Notes: a model not told the origin generated them from the letters alone. A stretch of DNA of 64,000 nt from Candidatus Latescibacterota bacterium (GCA_965204375.1 OZ241986.1:2272001-2336000); one strand, 5' to 3'; positions 39,655 to 49,768 are shown, counted from the first letter of the stretch. Numbers and translations are program-made.

Positions 39655-41895
39655 ATGAGGGACGCGCAGAAACCTGATCATGTCAGTCTAACGAGCTTAA
39701 TCAACCGCCTACGTGATGGGAGCTACGTAATTCCCGATTTCCAGCGCGAATTTGAGTGGAATCCTGGAGATATTCTCGCATTGATGCGGTCAATCTTTCT
39801 CGATTACTATATTGGAAGCCTACTTTTGTGGAAAGGAAAGGCGGAGAACTTCAAAGCACTGGCGTGTGAACCAATCTACGGACATGTCGGAAATGGAAAT
39901 CAATCGACCATAGTCCTTGACGGACAACAGCGTCTTACTGCAATGTACTATACGTTCTGTGCTCCCGATGTACGACTTCCTAATCGTGCCAATAGGTACC
40001 TCTACTTCATTCACGTCGATAGATTCATGGATGAATCCTACGATACTGCATTCTACTACGACTGGACTCGGCGGGGGCTGAACTTATTAAAAAATAAGGA
40101 AGCTCAGTTTCAGAGACATATCTTTCCTCTCGCTGTCGTAGGCGAAGGCGGTTGGGCTTTGCCGAACTGGGTACAAGAATATGAACGCTATTGGCATCAG
40201 GAAGCCATTGATGCGCGCGAGGAGGGTGATATCGCTGAAGCTGATAATGCTCAGCACCACGCAGAGAATGCAGGTACCTTTGGCAAGCATCTCAAGGAAA
40301 TTACTGAGGAGTATCAGGTTGCCCTTATTGAACTTGATCAAGATATTGAGATCGACAAAGTATGTGACATTTTCACGCAGATTAACAGCAGGGGCAGGCG
40401 GCTCGACATCTTCGATCTTATGAACGCCTTGCTAAAGCCCAAGGGGCTTCAACTGAAGCATATGTGGCGTATAGCGGAGCCACGGCTTGACTTTGTCGAG
40501 ACAGATCGAATGAATGTCTATATCCTGCAAATTATGTCGATCCTTCGACAAAACTACTGCTCACCGAAGTACCTGTATTACCTTCTTCCGGGACAAGAAC
40601 GAACTGTTCGTGAGCCTGATGGTTCGTTAAAAAAAGAAATTCTGGTTCCAAATATCACCGATTTTGAGCAACGGTGGGAGCAGGCAGTAGAAGCATTGGA
40701 AGATGCAATTGAACTCTTACGATCTCCTCAGGAGTTTGGTGCCATTTCTTCTAAATACCTACCCTATGTCTCAATCCTACCCGTATTTGCTGCTCTCCAG
40801 GCTTATTCACGGCAACTACCGCCCAACCAACGACTTAATACCAAACGCAAAATCCGTCACTGGTACTGGGCAAGCGTTTTTACAAACCGGTATTCCGGAT
40901 CGGTAGAATCAACGAGTGCGAGTGACTTCATTGCTGTCAAGAATTGGTTTAAAAATAATGATGATGAACCTGACATGATCGCTGAATTCCGCTTACGCTT
41001 CCGTGAACTTGATTTGAATAGAGAGACAAAGCGCGGCACTTCTATCTACAACGGCATTTTTAACCTACTCGTACTACGAGGAGCAAGAGACTGGAGTACC
41101 GGAAACGCTCCACGACCAGATGACCTTGATGACCACCACATTGTACCAAAATCTTGGGGAAAGAGAGTGGGCTTGAGCAATCGTATCGACACAATTCTGA
41201 ACCGGACACCTCTTACATCTGAAACAAACCGTGAAGTGATTCGTGATAATCTCCCGAACAGCTACCTACCAGAATTGATTGATGCCAGTGGCGAAGACAC
41301 CGTACGAGCAATATTGGAATCGCACTTCATCTCACCAGCAGCATTTGACATTCTGCTGCGGCAACCCTTTGAGGAGGAAGACTTTGAAGCCTTTATATCA
41401 GAACGTCAGCGAACCTTGAAAGACGCGATTGAAGACTTACTTGTAAAAGAAAGGTTGGATCTTGCTCCGAAGTTACGAGAATTGGACGCCAAAATCGAAA
41501 GTGTTGAACTTGATCTACGCCAAACGATAATCAAGAACTTAAATGGTAATGTATCTCAACTTCCGTCACACATTCTTCAAAGCGCCAAGTCCAGGCTTCT
41601 ATCTGCGGCAAAAAAGAACCCTGAACTTGATGAAGATTATTATCAACGGCTTCCGGGGATACTAGAGTACTGCGACTTGCGAGAGCTTCAAGCAACGCTC
41701 ACAAATAAGGCAATCTGGCCCATTTTCCAAGAGTGTTTCAAAAACAACAAAGAAATGGTTGACAGACGTTTTGATCAACTGTGTGAACTACGAAATGGTA
41801 TCCGCCATAGCAGGACGGTTACCGAGGTGACGCAGAAGGAAGGTGAAGCGGCAATCGTTTGGTTTGAGCATATTCTCATGACACAGACGGAATAG
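39655..41895 (+). CDS. GmrSD-like (DUF262 + HNH/DUF1524-like) protein with C-terminal Swt1-like HEPN
   Basis: IPDFQREFEW, DGQQR, IFTQINSRG; DDHHIVP...N..PL...N; ELRNGIRH (Rx4H). Confidence 0.85.
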   Translation: MRDAQKPDHVSLTSLINRLRDGSYVIPDFQREFEWNPGDILALMRSIFLDYYIGSLLLWKGKAENFKALACEPIYGHVGNGNQSTIVLDGQQRLTAMYYTFCAPDVRLPNRANRYLYFIHVDRFMDESYDTAFYYDWTRRGLNLLKNKEAQFQRHIFPLAVVGEGGWALPNWVQEYERYWHQEAIDAREEGDIAEADNAQHHAENAGTFGKHLKEITEEYQVALIELDQDIEIDKVCDIFTQINSRGRRLDIFDLMNALLKPKGLQLKHMWRIAEPRLDFVETDRMNVYILQIMSILRQNYCSPKYLYYLLPGQERTVREPDGSLKKEILVPNITDFEQRWEQAVEALEDAIELLRSPQEFGAISSKYLPYVSILPVFAALQAYSRQLPPNQRLNTKRKIRHWYWASVFTNRYSGSVESTSASDFIAVKNWFKNNDDEPDMIAEFRLRFRELDLNRETKRGTSIYNGIFNLLVLRGARDWSTGNAPRPDDLDDHHIVPKSWGKRVGLSNRIDTILNRTPLTSETNREVIRDNLPNSYLPELIDASGEDTVRAILESHFISPAAFDILLRQPFEEEDFEAFISERQRTLKDAIEDLLVKERLDLAPKLRELDAKIESVELDLRQTIIKNLNGNVSQLPSHILQSAKSRLLSAAKKNPELDEDYYQRLPGILEYCDLRELQATLTNKAIWPIFQECFKNNKEMVDRRFDQLCELRNGIRHSRTVTEVTQKEGEAAIVWFEHILMTQTE

Positions 41896-41930
41896 CAATT
41901 ATTGTCGTGAATTCCTTGGACTTAGCACAG

Positions 41931-41954
41931 GTTATAGAGACATTGCTCTATAAC
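41931..41954. promoter_or_regulatory. Perfect 9-bp inverted repeat, possible RHH operator or hairpin
   Basis: GTTATAGAG-N6-CTCTATAAC just upstream of the RHH gene. Confidence 0.4.
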
Positions 41955-41977
41955 ACAGAACATATAATAGGCTATCC

Positions 41978-42214
41978 ATGACCCGATGGAATATCGTCAT
42001 ATCAGAGGAAACCGACCGCCAGGTTCGGAGTTATCTGGCCCGGACTGGCGGCAAAAAAGGCGATCTATCCCGTTTCGTTGACCGTGCGGTACGTCAAGCT
42101 ATCTTCTGGGAGACAGTCGAAACGGTCTGGGAACGGAACAAGCACCTTCCGGCTGAAGAAGCTCAAGCCCTCGCCGACGAAGCTGTGGATAGCGTCCGTA
42201 AGAGTTATTCTTGA
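41978..42214 (+). CDS. Ribbon-helix-helix protein (XACb0070-like, antitoxin type)
   Basis: RWNIVISEETDRQVRSYLARTGGKKGDLSRFV. Confidence 0.8.
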   Translation: MTRWNIVISEETDRQVRSYLARTGGKKGDLSRFVDRAVRQAIFWETVETVWERNKHLPAEEAQALADEAVDSVRKSYS

Positions 42215-42265
42215 ATCCAAAGTGGGCTAATCGCGCAAATGGCTTAACCAAAAGCAAGCATTGAG

Positions 42266-42405
42266 GATTCTTTCAAAAAAATTTGTTGATATGTTTTTCC
42301 GATAGACTGGATTGCGGCTTTAAGCATGCCGCAATGACAACCGCCGTTCGTCACTCCGGCGCAAGCCGAAGTCCAGTGGGGTTAGACACAACTTATTTGA
42401 AATAC
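42266..42405. mobile_element. MITE-like element with REP-type palindromes, copy 2
   Basis: CTGGATTGCGGC..GCCGCAATGAC and GTCACTCCGGCGCAAGCCGAAGTCCAG inverted units; flanked by CATTGAG direct repeats (42259-42265, 42406-42412). Confidence 0.7.
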
Positions 42406-42430
42406 CATTGAGTATTTGGAGGTATATGAC

Positions 42431-43564
42431 ATGGCAATTGATACCATCACATCCGAAGCCATTGATCTAATAAATCCGACTGGAAGGCGCGTATTACAAC
42501 TGACGACGAATGCGCGGCGGTCGGTGCATGGGTATTACGACCTGCCCCCGTGGTCACCTGTGGATGGGCGCATTGCATTTAGCCGCATGGACGCACCGGA
42601 TTCAAAAACAGGTGATATTTGCGTCATGGATGCCGATGGGGGCAACTTGCACAAAGTCGCCGAATCGCGGGCGATGTCCGCCAATGGCGGCGCGCTGGCG
42701 CAATGGGCATCGGACGGATCGCGGATCTACTTTAAGGATCGGGACCGCGAAACCCGTTTGATCGGATGGGTCGATCCAGACACCGGTATGTCGGGCACGC
42801 ACCCTGGAGACCTGCGGATGATTTCACCCGCTGGACACCTGCACGCCTATCACACGATGCACGGGGACTACGACGAAGACGACGTTCCCAAAATGAAAGA
42901 TGTACACGGTGTATTTGCGCAGGATTTAGAAACAGGTGAGTCCAGACAACTCGCAACCCTCGCCGATTGCCTGACACTCCATCCCCGCCGGGATGAAATT
43001 GCCGACTGGCATTTGTTTGTCAAACACACCAAATGGTCCCCCGATGGATCGCGGATGATGTTTGTATTCACCAACGAAATCCATTTTGATCGGAAATACG
43101 GCGAACTCCCCAGGGTGAAAGATGTGTACGTCATCAATGCCGACGGCTCCAATCTCAAACGTGTATGCGAATTTGGCAATCACCCACTGTGGCATCCCAA
43201 TGGTCGAGAAATACTGACCAACAGCCCATTTGAAGGCTCACCGGACAATAAACTGGTACTGACCGATGTGGAAACCGGTGAAGAGCGTCTGGCTGCGACC
43301 TGCGCAAAGGGATCGGGGCATCCCTCCTTTTCCCCAGACGGCAAATACATTGTCATAGATGTGGTGAACAACACCACAAAAGAAGCCAAATTCCTGCTCG
43401 TAGATGTCGAAACCGACACATCTGAGACCCTGTTGGAACTCCCCGTCTTCGACCACTCTCATGCCGGAACCCATCTGCACCCGGTATGGCGGCAAGACAG
43501 CTCGCAAATTCTATACGCCAGCGACGCATCCGAAATTTGCCAGTTATGTGTGTGTGACGTGTAA
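42431..43564 (+). CDS. TolB/oligogalacturonate-lyase-like beta-propeller protein
   Basis: YYDLPPWS, WSPDG, HPLWHP, HPSFSPDG, HLHPVW. Confidence 0.7.
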   Translation: MAIDTITSEAIDLINPTGRRVLQLTTNARRSVHGYYDLPPWSPVDGRIAFSRMDAPDSKTGDICVMDADGGNLHKVAESRAMSANGGALAQWASDGSRIYFKDRDRETRLIGWVDPDTGMSGTHPGDLRMISPAGHLHAYHTMHGDYDEDDVPKMKDVHGVFAQDLETGESRQLATLADCLTLHPRRDEIADWHLFVKHTKWSPDGSRMMFVFTNEIHFDRKYGELPRVKDVYVINADGSNLKRVCEFGNHPLWHPNGREILTNSPFEGSPDNKLVLTDVETGEERLAATCAKGSGHPSFSPDGKYIVIDVVNNTTKEAKFLLVDVETDTSETLLELPVFDHSHAGTHLHPVWRQDSSQILYASDASEICQLCVCDV

Positions 43565-43575
43565 AGGAGAACCCC

Positions 43576-44409
43576 ATGTCCGTAAAATCAGTTTACATGA
43601 TGACCGATTTGGAAGGCTCAGCCGGAGTAGATGACTGGGACCCCAGACACCGGGAAGATGCGACAACGGCAAAAGGCGTGTACGACCGCGCTGAAATGCA
43701 GCGATTGTTGACAGGAGAAGTCAACGCCGCAGCCGAAGGATTATTTGCAGCAGGCGTAGAAAACATCATCATCAATGACGCACATGGGGCGGGACGCACA
43801 ATATTGTCAGAAGAATTGATCTCAGGCGTGAAACTCGTGCAGGGTGTCAACCGTCCCTGCTGGCTACCGGGATTATCCCCCAGATTCGACGCACTCATCC
43901 AATTGGGCATGCATGCAATGACCAATACACCCAACGGATGTCTCGCACATTCGATGAGCCGCAATATGGTCTATCGCGTCAACGGTGCCGAAGTCGGCGA
44001 GATGGAAATGGCGGCTTATTTGTGTGGCCATCTGGGCATCCCCTGGGTCTTTACATCGGGCGATCTGCACGCGTGTACCGAGTCCGAGCGCTGGGTCAAT
44101 GGTATTGTCACAGCACCTGTAAAAGAAGGCCTGGGCGAATTATGTGCGCTCCACATGGCGCCAGTAGATGCCCGCGCCCTCATCAGGACGCGCGTTTATG
44201 AAGCCATGGAGATCGTTGAAAATACCGAACCCCTCATTGCAGAAAGTCCTGTCGTGATGGAGGTAACGTTCCCCGAACCCATCCCGCCCTCGACAAAAAA
44301 AGGATTAGAGCGCGTAGATGATTTTACAATTCGGTGTGAAGGTGAATCCTTCTGGCAGGTATTTCACCACTATGTTTATGGCAAGCCCGATTATCCAGTT
44401 CCCGCGTAA
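43576..44409 (+). CDS. M55 family (DppA-like) D-aminopeptidase
   Basis: TDLEG, NDAHG, GMHA, LAHS, SGD, VKEG. Confidence 0.88.
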   Translation: MSVKSVYMMTDLEGSAGVDDWDPRHREDATTAKGVYDRAEMQRLLTGEVNAAAEGLFAAGVENIIINDAHGAGRTILSEELISGVKLVQGVNRPCWLPGLSPRFDALIQLGMHAMTNTPNGCLAHSMSRNMVYRVNGAEVGEMEMAAYLCGHLGIPWVFTSGDLHACTESERWVNGIVTAPVKEGLGELCALHMAPVDARALIRTRVYEAMEIVENTEPLIAESPVVMEVTFPEPIPPSTKKGLERVDDFTIRCEGESFWQVFHHYVYGKPDYPVPA

Positions 44410-44433
44410 TTTCTTCACATTAAAGGAGGCTTC

Positions 44434-45141
44434 ATGAAAGTCAAAATAGAGAACCAATTTCGAGCGCCTTATGGCGTACCAAACGGTTTGCAACTCACCG
44501 ACGATGGTCTGTGGATTGCAGATCAGATGACGGACCGGGTGGCGTTGATGAGCATGAAAGATGAGGACAAAGACGATTATTACGGCAATCGCCGCCTGTT
44601 GAGGGACATCCCATCGGAATCCTCAAACACCAGTGGCATGGCCGCGGGCGATGGATCGCTGTGGTTGGCGGCCAATGGACCGGGGCAACGCTGGCGGCTA
44701 CCGCGCGAGACCGATGCGCCCCAAGGTGAAGTTTTGCGCGTGGATCCCTGTAACGGAGAAACACAGGGGCGCTGGGCACTACCCACGGGCGGCGGCACGC
44801 ACGGCATAGAATACGACGCAATTGAACCGGGCACATTGTGGTTGACCACCTTAAAAGAGCAGACCATTACGCAGATGCGTATTAGTGATTGGTCCGTCAT
44901 CCGCACATTAAAACTGCCTTTGCCTCGCGCACACGGCGTGGTGCGAATGGAAGAAGATTCGATCTGGGTCGTTCATACAGGTCATCGGGTAATTGTAAAC
45001 CTGGACCTTGCAACAAATGAAGAACTCGACCGCATAGAAGTGCCCGAACCACATCCCGAACCACACGGACTCTCCATCTGCAACGGCGGATTCTTGTATT
45101 GCGACGCCACATCCGGATGGGTTGCCAAAATTTCCTGGTGA
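44434..45141 (+). CDS. Small beta-propeller protein (glutaminyl-cyclase/Vgb-like)
   Basis: Repeating PNGL..LWIAD, SGMA..LWL, THGI..LWL, PHGL blades. Confidence 0.6.
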   Translation: MKVKIENQFRAPYGVPNGLQLTDDGLWIADQMTDRVALMSMKDEDKDDYYGNRRLLRDIPSESSNTSGMAAGDGSLWLAANGPGQRWRLPRETDAPQGEVLRVDPCNGETQGRWALPTGGGTHGIEYDAIEPGTLWLTTLKEQTITQMRISDWSVIRTLKLPLPRAHGVVRMEEDSIWVVHTGHRVIVNLDLATNEELDRIEVPEPHPEPHGLSICNGGFLYCDATSGWVAKISW

Positions 45142-45175
45142 GACGCAGAGGGGACATTCCTGTTATCTTCCAATT

Positions 45176-45203
45176 AGCCCCGGTCCTCCGGGGCTTTTCT
45201 TTC
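45176..45203 (+). terminator. Rho-independent terminator
   Basis: AGCCCCGG-TCCT-CCGGGGCT followed by TTTCTT. Confidence 0.7.
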
Positions 45204-45221
45204 TGACAACTGAGGTAAGTG

Positions 45222-46808
45222 ATGAGTAATCGAGCAGTAATCGGCGTCGATGTGGGTACAGGCAGCGTGCGGGCAGGCGTATTTGACCTGTACGGCACGA
45301 TGTTGGGCACAGCATCCTCGCCCATTCTGGAATTTAATCCCAAGCCCGATTTTTACGAACAATCCTCGGAAAATATCTGGGCAGAAACCGGGAAAGTCAT
45401 TCGCCAGGCTATCGCCCAATCTGGCCTCTCACCCGATGCCATAATCGGCATGAGTTTTGACGCCACCTGTTCTCTCGTCGTCTTAGATGCTGCTGAACAG
45501 CCCCTGACCGTATCTGAAACGGGCGAAACCGAACGCAACATCATCGTCTGGCGCGATCACCGCGCAATTGATCAGGTAAATCGCATCAATGCGGGCGGAT
45601 ACGATGTATTGCAATATGTCGGGGGCACGATGTCGCCCGAGCAAGAACCACCAAAACTGTTGTGGATCAAAGAAAACCTGCCCGAAACATGGCAAAAAGC
45701 GGGCAAATTTTTTGACCTGGCAGATTTTATGGTCTATAAAGCAACGGGGACCGACCGCCGCAGTCTGTGTACCAACGTATGCAAATGGACCTATCTGGGC
45801 CATGAATCGCGCTGGGACCGCACCTTCTTTGACGCCATTGGTCTGGACGATTTATTCGACGACGGGAAAGTGACAGAAGATATCGCACCCATGGGCGAAT
45901 ACGCGGGCACACTGAGTGCAGAAGCCGCCGATTTGATGGGATTGACAACGCAAACTGCCGTGGGTGTCGGCATCATCGATGCACATGCAGGGGGTATTGG
46001 CGTTGGCGTCAGCGAACCGATATTAGCATTGATCGGCGGCACCTCGTCGTGCCACATGGCCGTGTCAAAAGAGGCGCGATTTATCCCCGGCGTGTGGGGA
46101 CCTTACTTCGGTGCAATGCTGCCTGGCTCGTGGCTCAGCGAAGGCGGGCAAAGTGCAACGGGCGCATTGTTAGATCACACCATCGAGCGATTTGGCATGG
46201 TCAAAGAAGAAGATCACTACTGGCATGTGCTCACGGGAAAAGAAATCAATGCCGTGTACGCCGAACTCAACGCGTACATCGCCTCAAAAGGCGTGTGCTC
46301 GGATTGGACAGAACGGCTGCATATCTTGCCCGACCACCACGGCAACCGATCTCCCAAAGCCGATCCCAACGCACGGGGAATGATGGATGGTTTAACCCTG
46401 GATATGTCCTACAATACACTGGCACAAATTTATCACGCAACCATCCAGGCAGTAGCTTATGGCACGCGCAATATTATCGACGAAATGGAAAAACAGGGCT
46501 ACGCAATCGAGCAGATCAACGCATGTGGAGGCGGCACAAAAAACGAACTGTGGATACGCGAACACGCCGACGCCACACAGCGCCCCATTCACCTCCCAAA
46601 AGAACCCGAAGCCGTATTACTCGGATCGGCAATCCTCGGTGCCGTCGCCGCAGGCACCTATGAATCAATACAGGAAGCGATGGACGCAATGTGTCACGCG
46701 GGCGAGGTCATCGAACCCAATCGAGACACCGCAGATTATCACGCCTGGAAATACGAGCAACAGTTGGCTATGTACGACCAGCACGTTGACCGACGCAACA
46801 TCGACTAA
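45222..46808 (+). CDS. FGGY-family pentulose/ribulokinase
   Basis: IGVDVGTGSVRA, FDATCSLV, WRDHRA, IIDAH, GTSSCHM, EGGQSATG, HGNRSP. Confidence 0.93.
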   Translation: MSNRAVIGVDVGTGSVRAGVFDLYGTMLGTASSPILEFNPKPDFYEQSSENIWAETGKVIRQAIAQSGLSPDAIIGMSFDATCSLVVLDAAEQPLTVSETGETERNIIVWRDHRAIDQVNRINAGGYDVLQYVGGTMSPEQEPPKLLWIKENLPETWQKAGKFFDLADFMVYKATGTDRRSLCTNVCKWTYLGHESRWDRTFFDAIGLDDLFDDGKVTEDIAPMGEYAGTLSAEAADLMGLTTQTAVGVGIIDAHAGGIGVGVSEPILALIGGTSSCHMAVSKEARFIPGVWGPYFGAMLPGSWLSEGGQSATGALLDHTIERFGMVKEEDHYWHVLTGKEINAVYAELNAYIASKGVCSDWTERLHILPDHHGNRSPKADPNARGMMDGLTLDMSYNTLAQIYHATIQAVAYGTRNIIDEMEKQGYAIEQINACGGGTKNELWIREHADATQRPIHLPKEPEAVLLGSAILGAVAAGTYESIQEAMDAMCHAGEVIEPNRDTADYHAWKYEQQLAMYDQHVDRRNID

Positions 46809-46883
46809 TCAGAAATTCGGTTGTGTTTCGCGACATATCGCATTAGCATGGAGTTGTAAATTATCAACTGAAGGAGGCAAATC

Positions 46884-47714
46884 GTGAAAATCGGATACGG
46901 CACTTATGCAATGCAAACGGAAAATATCTTCGACGCGCTCCCGCGCCTGCGCGACATAGGTTACGAAGCCCTCGAAATCAACACGGGTGACGACTGGCCC
47001 ACCGCCCCGCACAAACTCGACACCGCTACCCGCGAAACACTCGCCAAAACCATCCAGGACCTCGGCTTTGAATCCCCCGTCACAATGGCCTTGATGCCCA
47101 TCTGCACACAGGGCGATGACCGCCCGGCCATCCTCGAAAAATTTGACGCCGCCTGTATCCTCGCCAGTGACCTCGCCTTCGGCGATACTCCCGGCATCAT
47201 CGTCAGCACACTCGGCGGACTGCACGGCACCTGGGACGAAGTCAAACACACCTATTGCGATCAACTCCTCGAATTGGGCGACCACGCCGCCAAACACAAC
47301 GTCATCCTCGCAACCGAACCCCATGCGGGCCACCCGCTCGACACCCCCCAAAAAGTCGATTGGCTCATGCGGCAAACCAATCACGACAACGTCAAAGTCA
47401 ATTTCGACATGAGCCACTTTTACGTTGACGGTATCGACCTCCAGCCGAGCGTTGACCTGTGCGCCCCTTACACCGTCTCCACCCACATCAAAGACGGTCA
47501 TCGCGTCAATGGACAGGTGCGCTACCTCCTGCCCGGCGTAGGCGACTTCGACCTCGTCGCCTACTTCAAAGCCGTCGCAGCCGCAGGCATCACCGTCCCA
47601 ATCACCGTCGAGGTTACCGCGCAAATCTGGAGACAACCCGACTACGACCCCTGGCCCGTCGCCGAACAATGCTTCAAAGCACTCGATAACGCACGAAGTG
47701 AAGCAGGTGTATAA
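46884..47714 (+). CDS. Sugar phosphate isomerase/epimerase
   Basis: GYEALE, TEPH, NFDMSH, HIKD, TVE; GGAGG RBS. Confidence 0.88.
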   Translation: MKIGYGTYAMQTENIFDALPRLRDIGYEALEINTGDDWPTAPHKLDTATRETLAKTIQDLGFESPVTMALMPICTQGDDRPAILEKFDAACILASDLAFGDTPGIIVSTLGGLHGTWDEVKHTYCDQLLELGDHAAKHNVILATEPHAGHPLDTPQKVDWLMRQTNHDNVKVNFDMSHFYVDGIDLQPSVDLCAPYTVSTHIKDGHRVNGQVRYLLPGVGDFDLVAYFKAVAAAGITVPITVEVTAQIWRQPDYDPWPVAEQCFKALDNARSEAGV

Positions 47715-47805
47715 TAGATGTACAAGCAGGGTATGGAAAATCTCAAAGGAATATGTTATCTTTTGATAAACGGATGATCTGACTTTATCACTGGAGAAAC
47801 ACGCC

Positions 47806-49224
47806 ATGCAATCTGCCAATGGCTCAAAATCGACACCCGTGACATTTCGGTTCAAAAATATCGGCCCCGTAAAAGAGGCCGATATGGAACTGGGCGATCT
47901 CACGATCATTGCCGGCCGCAATAACACCGGCAAAACGTATTTGGCATATACGCTTTATGGCTTCTTGAAAACGTGGCGAGAATTGGCTGCTTCGGTTCCC
48001 CCAGGTTTCGATCACCTTGTCAGAATGGTCATTGAAACGGGCCAAGCAGAGCAATCCATAGATCAAGAATCGTTCAATTCGGAGCGAGAGGCAATGATTC
48101 AAAGACTGACACAGGACTTCTCTGAAAAAGTTTTATCAGATGTATTCAGTTGTTCAGACGAAACTTTCGAGAGCGCATCTTTCGAAATTATACTCAACGA
48201 TGCGTTTCCATTGGCAGGACAGTCTAAAAAAGAGGGCAATTTTTCTATCACTTATGATGGAAGCAATATTGTCATAGAACAAGAGGACTTCCTGAAAAAC
48301 GATGCCTCTTTAGGGACCTTGGAAAAAAATAATTATCTGAATAATATGGGCAGGACGATGCAGATAATTCACTATCTTTACGTATCGTTTCTATCTCCGG
48401 ATTTTCCATATCCATTCATCCTTTCCGCCGAAAGATTCGGCATCTCGCTTTTTTATAAAGAGTTGGATTTTACAAAAAGTCGTTTAGTAGAGGCATTGCA
48501 GAAGTTGTCTGAAGACCGCGAAGGCGCAATAAATCCTCTTTTTTTCTTAGACGAGAGTTCTGCCCGCTATGCGTTGCCCATTAAGGATAATATTGACTAC
48601 ACCAGAAGCATAAGTGATTTTCGTAGAAAAAAAAGTGAGATTTACGGGGATAAGTTATTCAACGATATAAGGGATATGATGGATGGCTATTATAGCAACA
48701 CGGGAGACAATATCGAATTTAGGTCAACAGCACGCGGAAAACGCAAATTCATCATACCCCTGCATATTGCTTCCTCTTCGGCACGCGGATTGTCTGATCT
48801 GTACTTCTACCTGCGTTATGTCGCGCAGAAAAATCATCTCCTAATCATTGATGAGCCAGAAAGCCATCTCGATACGGCCAACCAAATACAATTGGCACGC
48901 TTGTTGGCGCGATTCATTCAAGCTGGCTTGAAAATTCTGATAACCACACACAGCGACTATCTCATCAAAGAGATCAACAACCTCATCATGTTGAGCAAGT
49001 CTTTTGAAAAAAAAGAAGAGATCGTTCAGAAACTCGGATACAAAGAGGACGATTTACTTGAACCAGATTCAGTTCGAGCGTATGTCGCAGAAGAGGATGG
49101 CTTAAGCGAGTGCGAAGTGGATGACTTTGGTATAAACATGCCAGTCTTCGACGAGACCATCGACAAAATCAATCGCGTATCAAACGAACTCGCATCCCGA
49201 CTGGCGGCGGATGGGCAAACGTAA
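47806..49224 (+). CDS. ABC-type (AAA_15/AAA_21-like) ATPase, defence-associated type
   Basis: FKNIGPV, GRNNTGKT, SAER, ASSSARG, LLIIDEPESHL, ITTHSDY; AT-richer than flanks. Confidence 0.88.
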   Translation: MQSANGSKSTPVTFRFKNIGPVKEADMELGDLTIIAGRNNTGKTYLAYTLYGFLKTWRELAASVPPGFDHLVRMVIETGQAEQSIDQESFNSEREAMIQRLTQDFSEKVLSDVFSCSDETFESASFEIILNDAFPLAGQSKKEGNFSITYDGSNIVIEQEDFLKNDASLGTLEKNNYLNNMGRTMQIIHYLYVSFLSPDFPYPFILSAERFGISLFYKELDFTKSRLVEALQKLSEDREGAINPLFFLDESSARYALPIKDNIDYTRSISDFRRKKSEIYGDKLFNDIRDMMDGYYSNTGDNIEFRSTARGKRKFIIPLHIASSSARGLSDLYFYLRYVAQKNHLLIIDEPESHLDTANQIQLARLLARFIQAGLKILITTHSDYLIKEINNLIMLSKSFEKKEEIVQKLGYKEDDLLEPDSVRAYVAEEDGLSECEVDDFGINMPVFDETIDKINRVSNELASRLAADGQT

Positions 49225-49768
49225 AATGTCTCTAAACTTGATGCTGGAAAAAGTTTTGAAGGAAGATGCGCTAAGAAAAAAAAGAAATAGTGATTTGAGT
49301 CTTCGAGAGCGCCAAGCGAAGATGATAGTTCAAGTCGTCGGTGCTCTCGTGCCCGTCACTGCGATACGTCTGAACAAGTTTAGCCACTTTTCCGCTTTGA
49401 AGAGCGACAATTCCCGGACCAAAAAATGCGATTATCTATTGATCGTTGAATTGGACGGTATTATTCACGCCGTTTTTATTGAACTAAAAAAGACGTTTAC
49501 TGAAGATGATGAAGCAAAAGAACAGCTACGACGATCACGGCCTTTTCTCGCTTACCTTATTTCTGTCTGCGAAATCGAAAACGAGCTTTCTCTTGAGCCG
49601 AAACCCATCGAAAAATACGTTATTATCGCAGAAAAATTTAGCGAGAGATTCGATAAACAGCGAGTGAATGTTAAGCCAAACAACATTCCTACAGAACAGT
49701 ACAAGGGAATAGAAATAAAAAACATAGTAAAGACCACAGTCTCTCTTGCCGACTTGACAAACAGCTAA
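49211..49768 (+). CDS. Putative PD-(D/E)xK-fold protein coupled to the ATPase
   Basis: KKCDYLLIVE...VFIELKKT...AKEQL; overlaps the ATPase stop. Confidence 0.6.
   Translation: MGKRKMSLNLMLEKVLKEDALRKKRNSDLSLRERQAKMIVQVVGALVPVTAIRLNKFSHFSALKSDNSRTKKCDYLLIVELDGIIHAVFIELKKTFTEDDEAKEQLRRSRPFLAYLISVCEIENELSLEPKPIEKYVIIAEKFSERFDKQRVNVKPNNIPTEQYKGIEIKNIVKTTVSLADLTNS

Noticed and set aside
38399-42410. Integron cassette array
   Set aside because: No convincing attC (RYYYAAC...GTTRRRY) sites or integrase seen between the genes
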